From an uncultured Gammaproteobacteria bacterium (GTDB lineage: Bacteria > Patescibacteriota > Patescibacteriia > Magasanikbacterales > GCA-002688135), in contig CAZHVT010000002.1 of the NCBI GenBank assembly GCA_964536205.1, positions 1,982 through 65,981 on the forward strand: 64,000 nt of DNA, in the 5' to 3' direction. The notes below the pieces were generated by a model that searched no databases, had not been told where the DNA came from, and saw only the letters and a list, made by a program, of their open reading frames with translations. The position numbers and the translations under genes are program-made. The first letter of the stretch is position 1; each line of letters begins with the position of its first letter. Positions 1 through 9,893 of this stretch are shown here, piece after piece.

Positions 1-435
1 TTACCACATGTTGTTGAGCCAAGTTTAGGAGTTGATCGATCAATTTTGGTTGCATTACTTTCAGCCTACACAGAAGAAGAAGTAGGAACTGCAAACGATG
101 GCGAAAAAGCAACACGCGTCGTCATGAAATTCCCATCTGCAATCGCACCGGTACAAGTCGCAGTTTTACCCTTATCAAAAAAAGAAGAACTCGCAAAACC
201 AGCTCGAGAACTTGCACAAACATTACGAGAAAATTTCAGAGTTGAATACGACGAAACACAATCAATCGGAAAACGATATCGCCGACAAGATGAAATCGGA
301 ACGCCGTTATGTGTAACATTCGATTTCGAATCAATTGAAGACAACGCGGTTACAGTCCGCGATCGCGACACAATGGAACAAAAACGAATTAAAATCCCAG
401 AATTAGAATCCTACATTAAAGAACAATTGAATTGA
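1..435 (+). CDS. glyQS: Glycine--tRNA ligase (alpha2 type), C-terminal anticodon-binding part; 5' end outside window
   Basis: Frame open from base 1 (LPHVVEPSLGVDR); SIGKRYRRQDEIGTP and VTVRDRDTMEQ motifs. Confidence 0.95.
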   Translation, partial: LPHVVEPSLGVDRSILVALLSAYTEEEVGTANDGEKATRVVMKFPSAIAPVQVAVLPLSKKEELAKPARELAQTLRENFRVEYDETQSIGKRYRRQDEIGTPLCVTFDFESIEDNAVTVRDRDTMEQKRIKIPELESYIKEQLN

Positions 436-436
436 T

Positions 437-1708
437 ATGTATCAAAAAACAGAATTGCAGAATTCATCGACTCTCATCACCATCCCAAATCCAAACACAC
501 AGGCTGTGACGGTACTGGTGATGTTTCCAGTCGGTTCACGATATGAAACGAAAGAGTTAAATGGCGTTTCACATTTCATCGAACACATCATGTTTAAGGG
601 AACAGAAAAACGTCCGACAACGTTGGATATTTCAAAAGAGTTGGATGGATTGGGTGCAGAATACAATGCATACACATCAAAAGATTACACAGGATATTAC
701 GTCCGCATCGACGCAACAAAAATCGAAACTGCAATGGATATCGTTTCAGATATGCTCTGGAATTCGAAATTCGATGCAGATGAAATCGAGAGAGAAAAGG
801 GTGTGATTGCAGAAGAACTTCACATGTATGAGGATAATCCGATGATGGATATTGAGGAATTGTTGGAAGCACAAATATTTCACGGATCACCACTCGGATG
901 GAAAATCGGTGGAACAGATAAAATCATTCACACATTCACACGCGAAGCCATGGTAGATTTTCGTGACCGATTTTATACACCTGATCAAATGACAGTTGTT
1001 GTAGCTGGAAACATGCCGGCAAATATTAACGATCGCGTAGAACATTATTTCGGGGGAGCACAGCGAGAACCATCACAAAACATTGATTTCATAAAACACG
1101 AATTTGTTGATTCGCCACAAGTCGCAGTCAAATGGAAAGAAACAGAACAAGCAGTGATGATGGCAGGATTTCCAGCATATGCATACACAGATGATAAATT
1201 GTATGCGCTCAAATTATTGCATGTAATTTTGGGTGGAACTATGTCATCACGATTATTCATTGAGGTTCGCGAGCGTCGCGGATTAGCATATGTGATCAGA
1301 ACAGACGTCAGTCCATATCATGAAACAGGAGCATTCAGTGTCAAAGCTGGATTGCTCCCAGAAAAATGTGGAGACGCACTCAAAACAATTATTTCCGAAT
1401 TACAAAAAGTAAAAACAGAAGGCGTAACTGCAGAAGAACTCGCACAAGCAAAACAACATATGCGCGGTAGAATCATGTTGGCTTTGGAAAATTCCAGCAC
1501 ACTAGCTGAATGGTATGCAAAACAGTGGGCGCTCAAAGGAACAGCAGATACTCCAGAACAACAATTAGCAAAACTCGACGCCGTAACCCTTGACGACATT
1601 CTCAATGTCGCGCAAGAAGTGATACAATTTGAAAAGATGAAGGTCGCAACAATCGGGCCATTCAAGGATGAATCTGTGTTTTCAAATGCTATCGCAGAAT
1701 CTGTATGA
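437..1708 (+). CDS. M16 family (insulinase-like) zinc peptidase
   Basis: GSRYE...GVSHFIEHIMFKGT (HxxEH), NAYTS, SSRLFIEVRERRGLAY. Confidence 0.95.
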   Translation: MYQKTELQNSSTLITIPNPNTQAVTVLVMFPVGSRYETKELNGVSHFIEHIMFKGTEKRPTTLDISKELDGLGAEYNAYTSKDYTGYYVRIDATKIETAMDIVSDMLWNSKFDADEIEREKGVIAEELHMYEDNPMMDIEELLEAQIFHGSPLGWKIGGTDKIIHTFTREAMVDFRDRFYTPDQMTVVVAGNMPANINDRVEHYFGGAQREPSQNIDFIKHEFVDSPQVAVKWKETEQAVMMAGFPAYAYTDDKLYALKLLHVILGGTMSSRLFIEVRERRGLAYVIRTDVSPYHETGAFSVKAGLLPEKCGDALKTIISELQKVKTEGVTAEELAQAKQHMRGRIMLALENSSTLAEWYAKQWALKGTADTPEQQLAKLDAVTLDDILNVAQEVIQFEKMKVATIGPFKDESVFSNAIAESV

Positions 1709-2403
1709 AAAAATTATTCGTAGCAAACTGGAAGCGATATCTCACAACTGACGAATCTGTTGTATTGTGGGAAATTTTGTCAAAAAAAATATCTGAAAAA
1801 TTCGATGTAGTAGTTGCACCAAATCATTTAGCAATTGATCAAATTGCAGACAAGCCAAACGCGCATGCACTAGCGGCACAAGATGCATTTTACGAAAGCG
1901 AAGGAGCATTTACTGGAATAGTGTCACCGGAAGATTTAAAAGAAATTGGTGTAAGTTATGTGATCGTCGGACATTCAGAACGGCGTGCAATGGGGGAGAC
2001 AGATGAAATAGTAGCAAAAAAAGTTGAAGCAGTTTTGAAGGCTCAGCTCATTCCAATTTTGTGTGTGGGTGAAAGTAGGGGGGAACGCAATGCAGGAAGA
2101 GCACAAGAAATAGTACAAAATCAAGTCGAAGCTGGATGTTCACTCGCACCAATGGGAAGTCAAATAATTATCGCATACGAACCAATTTGGGCGATAAGTA
2201 AAGATGGACAGGGAGAGCCAATTAAGCCTGAGGATGCAGAGAGTATGATGGCATTCATTAAGGAATTGAAAGGGTATCGTGTGTTGTATGGTGGATCTGT
2301 AAAACCAGAAAACATCGACAATTTTATTTCACTAGATTCATGCAACGGAGTACTCGTAGGGTCAGCATCAACAAAACTCGATTCATTAAAACAGATGCTC
2401 TAA
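1705..2403 (+). CDS. tpiA: Triosephosphate isomerase
   Basis: ANWK, GAFTG, VGHSERR, IAYEPIWAI, LYGGSV, GVLVGSAS. Confidence 0.97.
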   Translation: MKKLFVANWKRYLTTDESVVLWEILSKKISEKFDVVVAPNHLAIDQIADKPNAHALAAQDAFYESEGAFTGIVSPEDLKEIGVSYVIVGHSERRAMGETDEIVAKKVEAVLKAQLIPILCVGESRGERNAGRAQEIVQNQVEAGCSLAPMGSQIIIAYEPIWAISKDGQGEPIKPEDAESMMAFIKELKGYRVLYGGSVKPENIDNFISLDSCNGVLVGSASTKLDSLKQML

Positions 2404-2404
2404 C

Positions 2405-3295
2405 ATGCCATTTACGATTTTGCCATTCATATTAATTCTAGCTGGTGCAGTTATTGCATCCGTAATTTTGATTCGCAAATTCCCACAAATTGCATTACTC
2501 GATGTAGACAAATTACCGCAAGAAGTTCAATCACAAAAGAAAAAAGCAATTATTGAAGAGCAATATAAACGATCAATGAAAAAAACTGCAGAGAAGTTGA
2601 AAAAGTGGTCTGGGCCAATGCATACATTTTGGACAAAAACACAAAAGAAGTTTCGTGATCGTGTGCAAAAAACATATGTGCAATACGCAAAGTCTCGTGC
2701 AAAGAAACCAAAAAAATCAGAAAAAGCTCCACCACCAGAAGCGATCGCTGCATTGTTGAAAGATGCACAAACACAATTATTGATGGAGAATTACAAAGAG
2801 GCCGAGCAAAAATATATTGAGGTGATTCGTTTTGCGCCACGAACAGTTGAGGCATATCGTGGATTAGGAAGATTATACTTTGCAAAAAAACAATGGGATG
2901 AAGCGCGCGAAACATATTTGTTTATTGTGAAATTGGATGAGAAAGATGGTCGTGCTCACAATCGATTGGGAATGATTGCGGTTGAAACAGAAGATTGGAA
3001 AACAGCAGTCGCACATTTCAAACGCGCTGTTGAAATCGATAACAAAATTGCTCTGCGACATTACGATCTCGCTCATGCCTATGACAAAATGGGAAAACAG
3101 TTATATGCATTACGTTCATATGAGCGCGCAGTTTCACTCGAACCGCTCAATCCAAAATATCTTGACGCTTATTTGAAAACGGCTATACTACTCAAAAATA
3201 AAGAACTTGCACAAGCAGCATACGATCAATTAAAGATAGCAAACCCAGAAAATAAAAAGCTCGATCAGCTGCGCAGAACAATAGAAGAGTTGTGA
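2405..3295 (+). CDS. Membrane-anchored TPR repeat protein
   Basis: N-terminal hydrophobic helix; several 34-aa TPR-like repeats (AYRGLGRLY, AHNRLGMIA, HYDLAHAY). Confidence 0.85.
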   Translation: MPFTILPFILILAGAVIASVILIRKFPQIALLDVDKLPQEVQSQKKKAIIEEQYKRSMKKTAEKLKKWSGPMHTFWTKTQKKFRDRVQKTYVQYAKSRAKKPKKSEKAPPPEAIAALLKDAQTQLLMENYKEAEQKYIEVIRFAPRTVEAYRGLGRLYFAKKQWDEARETYLFIVKLDEKDGRAHNRLGMIAVETEDWKTAVAHFKRAVEIDNKIALRHYDLAHAYDKMGKQLYALRSYERAVSLEPLNPKYLDAYLKTAILLKNKELAQAAYDQLKIANPENKKLDQLRRTIEEL

Positions 3296-3296
3296 G

Positions 3297-3380
3297 GTTG
3301 TACGTTATACGTTCTACGATGTACGAATTTTATTAATCGCTTCGCGATTTTCGTGTGACGTAGAACGTATAACGTACAAC
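3297..3380. repeat. Perfect 22-bp inverted repeat built of heptamer-like units, with central ATCGCTTCGCGAT hairpin
   Basis: GTTGTACGTTATACGTTCTACG (3297-3318) is the reverse complement of 3359-3380. Confidence 0.9.
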
Positions 3381-3388
3381 GTTAATGT

Positions 3389-3465
3389 GCCAACGTAGCT
3401 CAGTTGGTTAGAGCGCATCCATGGTAAGGATGAGGTCAGCGGTTCAACTCCGCTCGTTGGCTCCA
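3389..3465 (+). tRNA. tRNA-Thr(GGT)
   Basis: Acceptor GCCAACG/CGTTGGC, anticodon arm CATCC-ATGGTAA-GGATG, GGTTCAA T-loop, encoded CCA. Confidence 0.97.
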
Positions 3466-3580
3466 GAACACCTTTTGGGTGTTTTTTGTTATACACAGTT
3501 TTCCACATTGTGTGTGGATGTATGTGTGGTAAAATGCGTCCTTAAGCAAATACTTAAACATTAATAAGTATCTCTATTAT

Positions 3581-4366
3581 ATGAATGACTATCATCAGAG
3601 TCAGCAGCCAAAGCGTGATAAAGATCTTTTCGATAAGATCGGATCAAAAAACTCTTTCTTTTTTGGATTGAGTTCAGGTGTCGCAGGATTTTTTGTGATC
3701 GGATTTTTTGTCCTTCTCGGAGTCTATATGACTGGCGGAGGAGGCGGAGGGGGTCGCACAGTTCAGGCAAACAAAAATCCAAGCGTAAATCCAACTCCAA
3801 CACAGCCAGCAAATCCTGGAGCAGGAGCGCCTGTCGATGTACAATTATCAGAAGATGACTGGGTGCGCGGAGATGAAAATGCAAAAATCTCCATTGTAGA
3901 ATTTTCAGATTATGATTGCCCATTCTGCTCACGTCATCACGAAACAATGAAGCAGATTCTTGATGAATATCCAGGAGATGTAAATTGGGTATATCGACAC
4001 TTCCCATTAGAACAATTGCATCCATTTGCAAAGAAAAAGTCAGAAGCAGCTGAATGTGTAGGGTCACTCGCAGGAGCAGATGCATTCTGGAAATTCACAG
4101 ATGCAATTTTTGAGGGTGATGAGGGCGGAACAGACGCAGAACTTGCAGCACTTGCAGCACAAGCAGGAGCAAATCAATCAAAATTCCAAACATGCTTAAC
4201 CAATGGAGATTTTACAGATGTTGTGGAAAATGACACGCAAAACGCACTTGCGGCCGGCGGATCAGGAACTCCATACAACGTAATCATTGCAGGGGATCAA
4301 ACAATCCCGGTAAATGGCGCAGTTCCATTCGAGCAGTTTAAGAGTATTATTGATTCACTGTTGTAG
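3581..4366 (+). CDS. DsbA-family thioredoxin-fold oxidoreductase, membrane anchored
   Basis: IVEFSDYDCPFC (CxxC), YRHFPL, GTP cis-Pro loop; N-terminal TM. Confidence 0.93.
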   Translation: MNDYHQSQQPKRDKDLFDKIGSKNSFFFGLSSGVAGFFVIGFFVLLGVYMTGGGGGGGRTVQANKNPSVNPTPTQPANPGAGAPVDVQLSEDDWVRGDENAKISIVEFSDYDCPFCSRHHETMKQILDEYPGDVNWVYRHFPLEQLHPFAKKKSEAAECVGSLAGADAFWKFTDAIFEGDEGGTDAELAALAAQAGANQSKFQTCLTNGDFTDVVENDTQNALAAGGSGTPYNVIIAGDQTIPVNGAVPFEQFKSIIDSLL

Positions 4367-4478
4367 AGGAAAGAAGCAAGAAGTAAGAATAAAGATGAGC
4401 CTCCAGTGGAGGCTCTTTTGTTTATTGACACTTTCGCAGTTGAAGATTATACTATTGGCACAATTGAATACAGTTCAT

Positions 4479-4560
4479 GGGTCGGTACCAAAGTGGTCAA
4501 CTGGGGCAGGCTGTAAACCTGCTGGCTTCGCCTTCGGGGGTTCGAACCCTCCCCGGCCCA
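4479..4560 (+). tRNA. tRNA-Tyr(GTA), CCA not encoded
   Basis: GGGTCGG/CCGGCCC acceptor, GCAGG-CTGTAAA-CCTGC anticodon arm, long variable arm, GGTTCGAA; TTGACA promoter upstream. Confidence 0.96.
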
Positions 4561-4710
4561 TACGAAATAGCCATCCACTCGGGTGGTTTTTTCATACTTA
4601 ATTCTCACCCCCTCTTTCGGGCGTAGCCCTCGTACCTCGGGCCATCTCACTCGCTTCATTCGGATATGCAAAGCTATCGCTTTTCACATCACTCATTCCG
4701 CTCGCTCGTC

Positions 4711-4728
4711 CGAACCCTCCCCGGCCCA
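4711..4728 (+). repeat. 18-bp direct repeat of the tRNA-Tyr 3' end (att-like)
   Basis: CGAACCCTCCCCGGCCCA identical to 4543-4560. Confidence 0.9.
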
Positions 4729-4782
4729 AATAAAAACCTCGTCTTGTGATGGACTTTTTATTTGGGTTTTTTGTTTGAGAGG

Positions 4783-4811
4783 TTGACAGGGTAATCAAAA
4801 AGACCTAGTAT
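4783..4811 (+). promoter_or_regulatory. Sigma70-type promoter of VIT-vWA gene
   Basis: TTGACA-17 nt-TAGTAT, followed by AAGGAG SD before ATG 4854. Confidence 0.7.
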
Positions 4812-4853
4812 ACAAACGGTTAATTCACAACAACAGAGCAAAAGGAGTGAGAA

Positions 4854-7208
4854 ATGACACAATCAGCTCTCGCAAGACGAATACAAGAACAAGTCGGACT
4901 GGCGATCGAACATCTGCCGCTACGATCAATGCATTTCGATGCAGAGGTTCGTGGGTTGCATGTTGGTGTACGTGTTACACAGACATTCAAAAACACACTC
5001 GACAATCCTGTGGAGGCGATTTACGTTTTTCCAATGGTTCCACAAGCTGCTGTGCTTGGTGCAAAACTGAAGATTGGAGACAAAACGATCGAATCAGAAT
5101 TGCGTAAGCGCGAAGATGCGCAAAAAGCATATGCTGAAGCTCGTGATGCTGGTCATCATGCGGCGATGGTAGGGCAGGAGCGTCCTAACATTTTCACTAT
5201 GTCTGTTGCAGGTGTTGAGCCTGGCGAGCAGATCAGTGTGGATATTCATTACATCGCGCCGGTCGACTGGCAAGATGGTGGTGGGCGCTTGCAGATTCCG
5301 CTTGTGGTTGCGCCGCACTTTGTGCCGGGGCATGCGACTGGAAAAACCGGTGGGGGATTTTCTATGGATACCGATGAGGTTCCTGATGCATCTCGCATTA
5401 CACCCAAATCGGTTCCAGAGGTGAGTTACAGCGCATCGCTTAAGTTGTCGCTGACTCCAGGATTCGAGGCTAAACTTGGATCTCCATCTCACAGCGCATT
5501 AGTTGTGTGTGACGTTGAACAGATTTGTGAAGGCGACACACGAATCATCGAACTCAACGATCTGCGTTGCGATCGCGATATCGTCATCACATACAAAACA
5601 CAAGATGAGCAGCCGACAATCGCGGTCGAGCGTCAGTCATTCATCACCACAAACGGCGAGACGGATGAACTTACGCTTCTGCAGATCTCCGCTGGATGCA
5701 TCGAAAATGAATCAGAACATCCTCTGGATGTCGCGCTTCTGCTCGACACATCCGGAAGTATGAGAGGTCAGAAAATTAACGGGTTGAAGAAGGTGGCAAA
5801 AAAGCTGCTTACTCGTTTAAGTACATTCAGTCGTCCAGTCCGAGTAACTATTCATCGATTCGCAAATTATTGTGAAGAGTTGTCTAAGTTAGCAGAGGTT
5901 GATGACTCACACTTTGATGTTATCGATCAGCTGGATGCCAGGGGTGGCACAAACGCAGGTCGTGCGATCACGGCAGTGATGGATGTCTTCAGGAGAGAAA
6001 ATAAGTATCATGAAAAATGCATTGTGTTGGTCTGCGATGGGCAGACGGATGACAGGCATTTCAAGGGTCTGGAGGGAGTTCGTATTCATTCTGTCGGAAT
6101 TGATAATGCGATTGACAACGCGACTCTCAAAGAATTTTCTGACATAACTGGAGGATCGTGCGAATGGATTCTGCCAGGCGAGGATTATGATGCAGCAGCT
6201 GCGCGAGTGGCTGGTATGGCATCTGGCCCTGTGCTGCGTGATCTGCAAATCCGTGGCTTGCCCGATAAGGCAAAAGTCGTGAATCTTGGTGATTGCTATC
6301 ATGCACAACCTCGCACGATCGGAATTCTCACTGCAGAGCCTATCGAAGGATGTGTTGTAGTTGGATGTGGTCCGGATGACACGCTATACGAGCGAGCAGT
6401 CCGTGTACCAAAAGAGACAACGACAACTCTCGTAGGTCCGCTATTTGGCAAGATGTTGCTGAACGAGCTTCAGGATCAATCTGTCAAAACTGAAACATCA
6501 CTTCGTTATGGCGTTCTGTGCAGTTCAACTGCGCTCATCGCTGTAAGTAAGAAAGATGTTCCGGGCGCAAAACCGGAAACCATCGACATTCCAGTTCTCA
6601 TGCCACATGGGTGGGAGTATGACGATCGTAGTGAGTTCGCGGTTCGTCGAATGTCAGTTGGTGTTGGTGGTCCAGCTCGCAGACGTAGAATTAGAAGATT
6701 GAGTGCTCAAGGCATTACGAGAAGAGCTATTGCGGGAGATGTTTTGAGCAAAGTATCCTATAGGACAGAAAATGCTGGCCCTCCGCGTCATGCAACCATG
6801 CAAGGCGCAAAGGAAGTCGATACTATCGATTACTCCGATATGTTGGGTGGCGGTTTGCTGGAAGATTCGGCAGGGATTTCAGCTGATGCGGATTCGAAGA
6901 AAGAAAAAGGAACTGCTGGATATTTCATCGAGCAAGCACTAATTCTTCTCAACGCGCTAGAGAATCGTCCGACATCAAAGCCTCTTCATGCACTCCATCA
7001 AGAACTCAAGATGCTAATTGCAGATTCTACGAAGTTCGCTCAATGGAGTGGTGAAGAGAAATCCCAACTCCTTCTGCTGATCGCGCAAATCGGACATGCG
7101 AATCCAGCCTATGCAATCAAGCCCAACGAGGTGTTGTTGCAAGAGCCAGCCGGACAATTCGCTCGACTCCATTGGATGCAGGCCAAGAAAATTCTCGGTC
7201 TCGCATAA
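4854..7208 (+). CDS. VIT (vault inter-alpha-trypsin) plus vWA domain protein
   Basis: VTQTFKN..PVEAIYVFP and PNIFTMSVAGV (VIT); MIDAS DTSGS...GGT...CDG. Confidence 0.9.
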   Translation: MTQSALARRIQEQVGLAIEHLPLRSMHFDAEVRGLHVGVRVTQTFKNTLDNPVEAIYVFPMVPQAAVLGAKLKIGDKTIESELRKREDAQKAYAEARDAGHHAAMVGQERPNIFTMSVAGVEPGEQISVDIHYIAPVDWQDGGGRLQIPLVVAPHFVPGHATGKTGGGFSMDTDEVPDASRITPKSVPEVSYSASLKLSLTPGFEAKLGSPSHSALVVCDVEQICEGDTRIIELNDLRCDRDIVITYKTQDEQPTIAVERQSFITTNGETDELTLLQISAGCIENESEHPLDVALLLDTSGSMRGQKINGLKKVAKKLLTRLSTFSRPVRVTIHRFANYCEELSKLAEVDDSHFDVIDQLDARGGTNAGRAITAVMDVFRRENKYHEKCIVLVCDGQTDDRHFKGLEGVRIHSVGIDNAIDNATLKEFSDITGGSCEWILPGEDYDAAAARVAGMASGPVLRDLQIRGLPDKAKVVNLGDCYHAQPRTIGILTAEPIEGCVVVGCGPDDTLYERAVRVPKETTTTLVGPLFGKMLLNELQDQSVKTETSLRYGVLCSSTALIAVSKKDVPGAKPETIDIPVLMPHGWEYDDRSEFAVRRMSVGVGGPARRRRIRRLSAQGITRRAIAGDVLSKVSYRTENAGPPRHATMQGAKEVDTIDYSDMLGGGLLEDSAGISADADSKKEKGTAGYFIEQALILLNALENRPTSKPLHALHQELKMLIADSTKFAQWSGEEKSQLLLLIAQIGHANPAYAIKPNEVLLQEPAGQFARLHWMQAKKILGLA

Positions 7209-7214
7209 GGGCAT

Positions 7215-7247
7215 AAGCTCTTCGACTACGGTCGGAGAGCTTTTTTT
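7215..7247 (+). terminator. Intrinsic terminator
   Basis: AAGCTCTTCGAC-TACG-GTCGGAGAGCTT hairpin plus T run. Confidence 0.85.
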
Positions 7248-7261
7248 GTTATAATCAGAGC

Positions 7262-8578
7262 ATGAAAAGTATAGAGTTACATATTGATAAGGCTCGAGTC
7301 GATGAGGGTATTCTCGGAAATGCAGAGCGAGAGTTAGGCGAATACATAAACCACTGCAATTCTGTTGTAAAAAATCAGAATTACAATGAAGACGAAGCAT
7401 CGCTCAACTGTCCATCAGATCAAAAAGTACACATAGCTGTATCAGATATGGTCGTGCAAAAAGTCTCAAGCAAATTGAGATATATTGTGGTGTGTGGAAT
7501 TGGCGGTTCAAATTTGGGGACAAAAGCAATCTACGAATCAATAATTGGCACAGTGGATCCACATGCAGATTCGCATCCAAAAATCATTTTTGTTGATACA
7601 GTTTCAGCACAAGTGATGACCGATGTAATCACATTACTCAAAGAGAGGGTTGTACATGCTGATGAAGTTCTCATAAACGTCGTCACAAAATCCGGCGGCA
7701 CAACAGAAACAATCGGAAATTTCGAAACACTGTATAATGCATTATCAGAAAGATTCCAAAACCTAAAAGACAGAGTAGTCGTAACAACAGATGAAGGAAG
7801 TAAATTATGGGATGCAGCTGGTGAAGTCGGAATTGCTCGACTCGCAATTCAGAAAAAAGTTGGAGGAAGATTTTCAGTATTCACGCCAGTAGGATTATTT
7901 CCATTACAATGCGCAGGATTAGACGTAAAAGATGTGTTGAATGGAGCGGCAGATATGAGAGATGAATGTTTGAAGGGTGATGCACAATCAAATCCAGCTC
8001 TTGCATCCGCAGCAATCACCGCACATCATCACCGCCACGGAATCCACGTTAATAATACATTTTTATTTAACACAGAATTGGAATCAGTAGGTAAGTGGTA
8101 CAGACAACTCACAGGAGAATCAATCGGCAAACGCGAAAATCTCGATGGAGAAGAAGCTCACGAGGGTATCACGCCCATCGTTTCAATCGGCTCAACAGAT
8201 CTACATTCAATGGCGCAATTATTTTACGGAGGACCTCACGACAAGCTCACAACTCTCGTCTATGCAAAACAAAGTCCAGCAGAAGTTAAAGTTCCGCAAG
8301 ATTTAGTATTTCCAGGATTAGTAGATGACATTACCGGCAAGAGTTACAAAGAAATTATGCAGGCAATTTATGGCGGTGTGAAGAAAGCATACGAAAAAAA
8401 CGGCCTGCCATACATGGAAATTCTGATTCCTGAAATCAGTGAATATACGGTCGGGCAATTCCTGCAATTCAAAATGTGCGAGATGATGTATCTTGCACAA
8501 CTTCTCAATGTGAATGCATTTAATCAGCCTGCAGTGGAGGATTATAAGTCGGAAACACGGGAGTTATTAAAGAGTTGA
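7262..8578 (+). CDS. pgi: Glucose-6-phosphate isomerase
   Basis: GIGGSNLG, TKSGGTTET, VGGRFSV, QLTGESIGK, TDLHSMAQ, NAFNQPAVEDYK. Confidence 0.96.
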   Translation: MKSIELHIDKARVDEGILGNAERELGEYINHCNSVVKNQNYNEDEASLNCPSDQKVHIAVSDMVVQKVSSKLRYIVVCGIGGSNLGTKAIYESIIGTVDPHADSHPKIIFVDTVSAQVMTDVITLLKERVVHADEVLINVVTKSGGTTETIGNFETLYNALSERFQNLKDRVVVTTDEGSKLWDAAGEVGIARLAIQKKVGGRFSVFTPVGLFPLQCAGLDVKDVLNGAADMRDECLKGDAQSNPALASAAITAHHHRHGIHVNNTFLFNTELESVGKWYRQLTGESIGKRENLDGEEAHEGITPIVSIGSTDLHSMAQLFYGGPHDKLTTLVYAKQSPAEVKVPQDLVFPGLVDDITGKSYKEIMQAIYGGVKKAYEKNGLPYMEILIPEISEYTVGQFLQFKMCEMMYLAQLLNVNAFNQPAVEDYKSETRELLKS

Positions 8579-8631
8579 CGAAAAGTTTAGAAAAACATAT
8601 ACTGTGGCAGTATAAATTACTGCTATCATAA

Positions 8632-8708
8632 GCCGTCTTAGCTCAGTTGGTCAGAGCAACTGTTTTGTAAACAGTAGGTCCGCGGTTCGAATCCGCGAGA
8701 CGGCTCCA
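8632..8708 (+). tRNA. tRNA-Thr(TGT)
   Basis: GCCGTCT/AGACGGC acceptor, ACTGT-TTTGTAA-ACAGT, GGTTCGAAT, CCA. Confidence 0.97.
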
Positions 8709-8740
8709 TCAATTGAACGTGATAGTAGATAACGATAAGT

Positions 8741-8896
8741 ATGTCACAGGATAACTTAATTAAGCTCGAGTGCACCGACTGTAAAACAATCGGATACCGC
8801 AGCACCAAAAATAAGAAGAAGCTCAAGAATCGTCTCGAGCTCAAAAAACACTGCAAGAAATGCACGAAGCACACAAACCACAAGGAGACAAAATAA
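8741..8896 (+). CDS. rpmG: 50S ribosomal protein L33 (Zn-binding C+ form), 51 aa; absent from ORF track
   Basis: Hand translation [51 protein letters not shown]; lies between tRNA-Thr and tRNA-Trp. Confidence 0.96.
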   Translation: MSQDNLIKLECTDCKTIGYRSTKNKKKLKNRLELKKHCKKCTKHTNHKETK

Positions 8897-9813
8897 ACGG
8901 CGTTCGTCAGGACGCCGATTCCCCACCCGCTAAGGGGGGGCAAGGGGGGGTTCATGAGATCGCGATAATCATCGTCTCATGGAATGTCTCACAGCAATTG
9001 AAACATTGTTTGGAATCAATCGACTCACATGCAGATGTTGCATGTGAAGTCATCGTCATCGACAATGATTCAGCAGATGAGAGTGTAGCCATGCTGCGCT
9101 CTTTTGCGTTTAGTAATCCGCACATCAAAAAATACAAAGTCATTGAGAACAAAGATAATCCAGGATTTGCCACAGCATGTAATCAGGGGATAGATGAGAT
9201 GCATGCAAAACATGCATTGCTGTTAAATCCAGATGCAAGAATCAGAGAAAACACACTAGGCGATTCAATGAAGTATGTTGATGAACATTCAGACGCTGGA
9301 GTAATAGGATGCAAAATCGAAAATGAAGATGGATCAAAACAAGGTTCAGCCGGAGCATTCCCAACCATCCGCGGACAAATCGCTCGACGATTAGGATTAA
9401 CAAAAAAAATCGGCCACACAAAATATTTCTCAATCGCACCAAAAGGAAAATGGAATGAGAATAAAGAAATGCAAGTCGATCATGTGAAAGGTGCGTTTTT
9501 TCTCATCACAAAACGAGCATTACATAACGTCGGAAAACTCGATGGGAATATTTTCCTGTGGTTTGAAGAAACAGATTATTGTTTGCGCGCGTGGCGTTCA
9601 GGATTAAAAGTTTTCTACACACCATCAATAGTAATAACTCATATTGGCGGAGCAAGTTTCAAAAAAGTAGGATTCTGGAAAAAACAAGCGATCTGGAACA
9701 AATCAATCCGCTACTATTTCACCAAACACAATGGATTGCTTTCCGGCATCTTGATTGCTATACTTGACCCGATTTGCCTCACACTCGGGGCGATCAAAAA
9801 ACGATTATCTTAA
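8860..9813 (+). CDS. GT2 family glycosyltransferase (WbbL-like); start codon uncertain
   Basis: [47 protein letters not shown]. Confidence 0.9.
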   Translation: MHEAHKPQGDKINGVRQDADSPPAKGGQGGVHEIAIIIVSWNVSQQLKHCLESIDSHADVACEVIVIDNDSADESVAMLRSFAFSNPHIKKYKVIENKDNPGFATACNQGIDEMHAKHALLLNPDARIRENTLGDSMKYVDEHSDAGVIGCKIENEDGSKQGSAGAFPTIRGQIARRLGLTKKIGHTKYFSIAPKGKWNENKEMQVDHVKGAFFLITKRALHNVGKLDGNIFLWFEETDYCLRAWRSGLKVFYTPSIVITHIGGASFKKVGFWKKQAIWNKSIRYYFTKHNGLLSGILIAILDPICLTLGAIKKRLS

Positions 9814-9822
9814 AAGAAACAT

Positions 9823-9893
9823 AGGCGGGTCGGTTAATGGTAAACCACAGGTCTCCAAAACCTGGACTGCGAGTTCGATCCTCGCCCCGCCTG
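9823..9893 (+). tRNA. tRNA-Trp(CCA), CCA end not encoded
   Basis: AGGCGGG/CCCGCCT acceptor, CAGGT-CTCCAAA-ACCTG, GTTCGATC; terminator hairpin follows. Confidence 0.95.
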
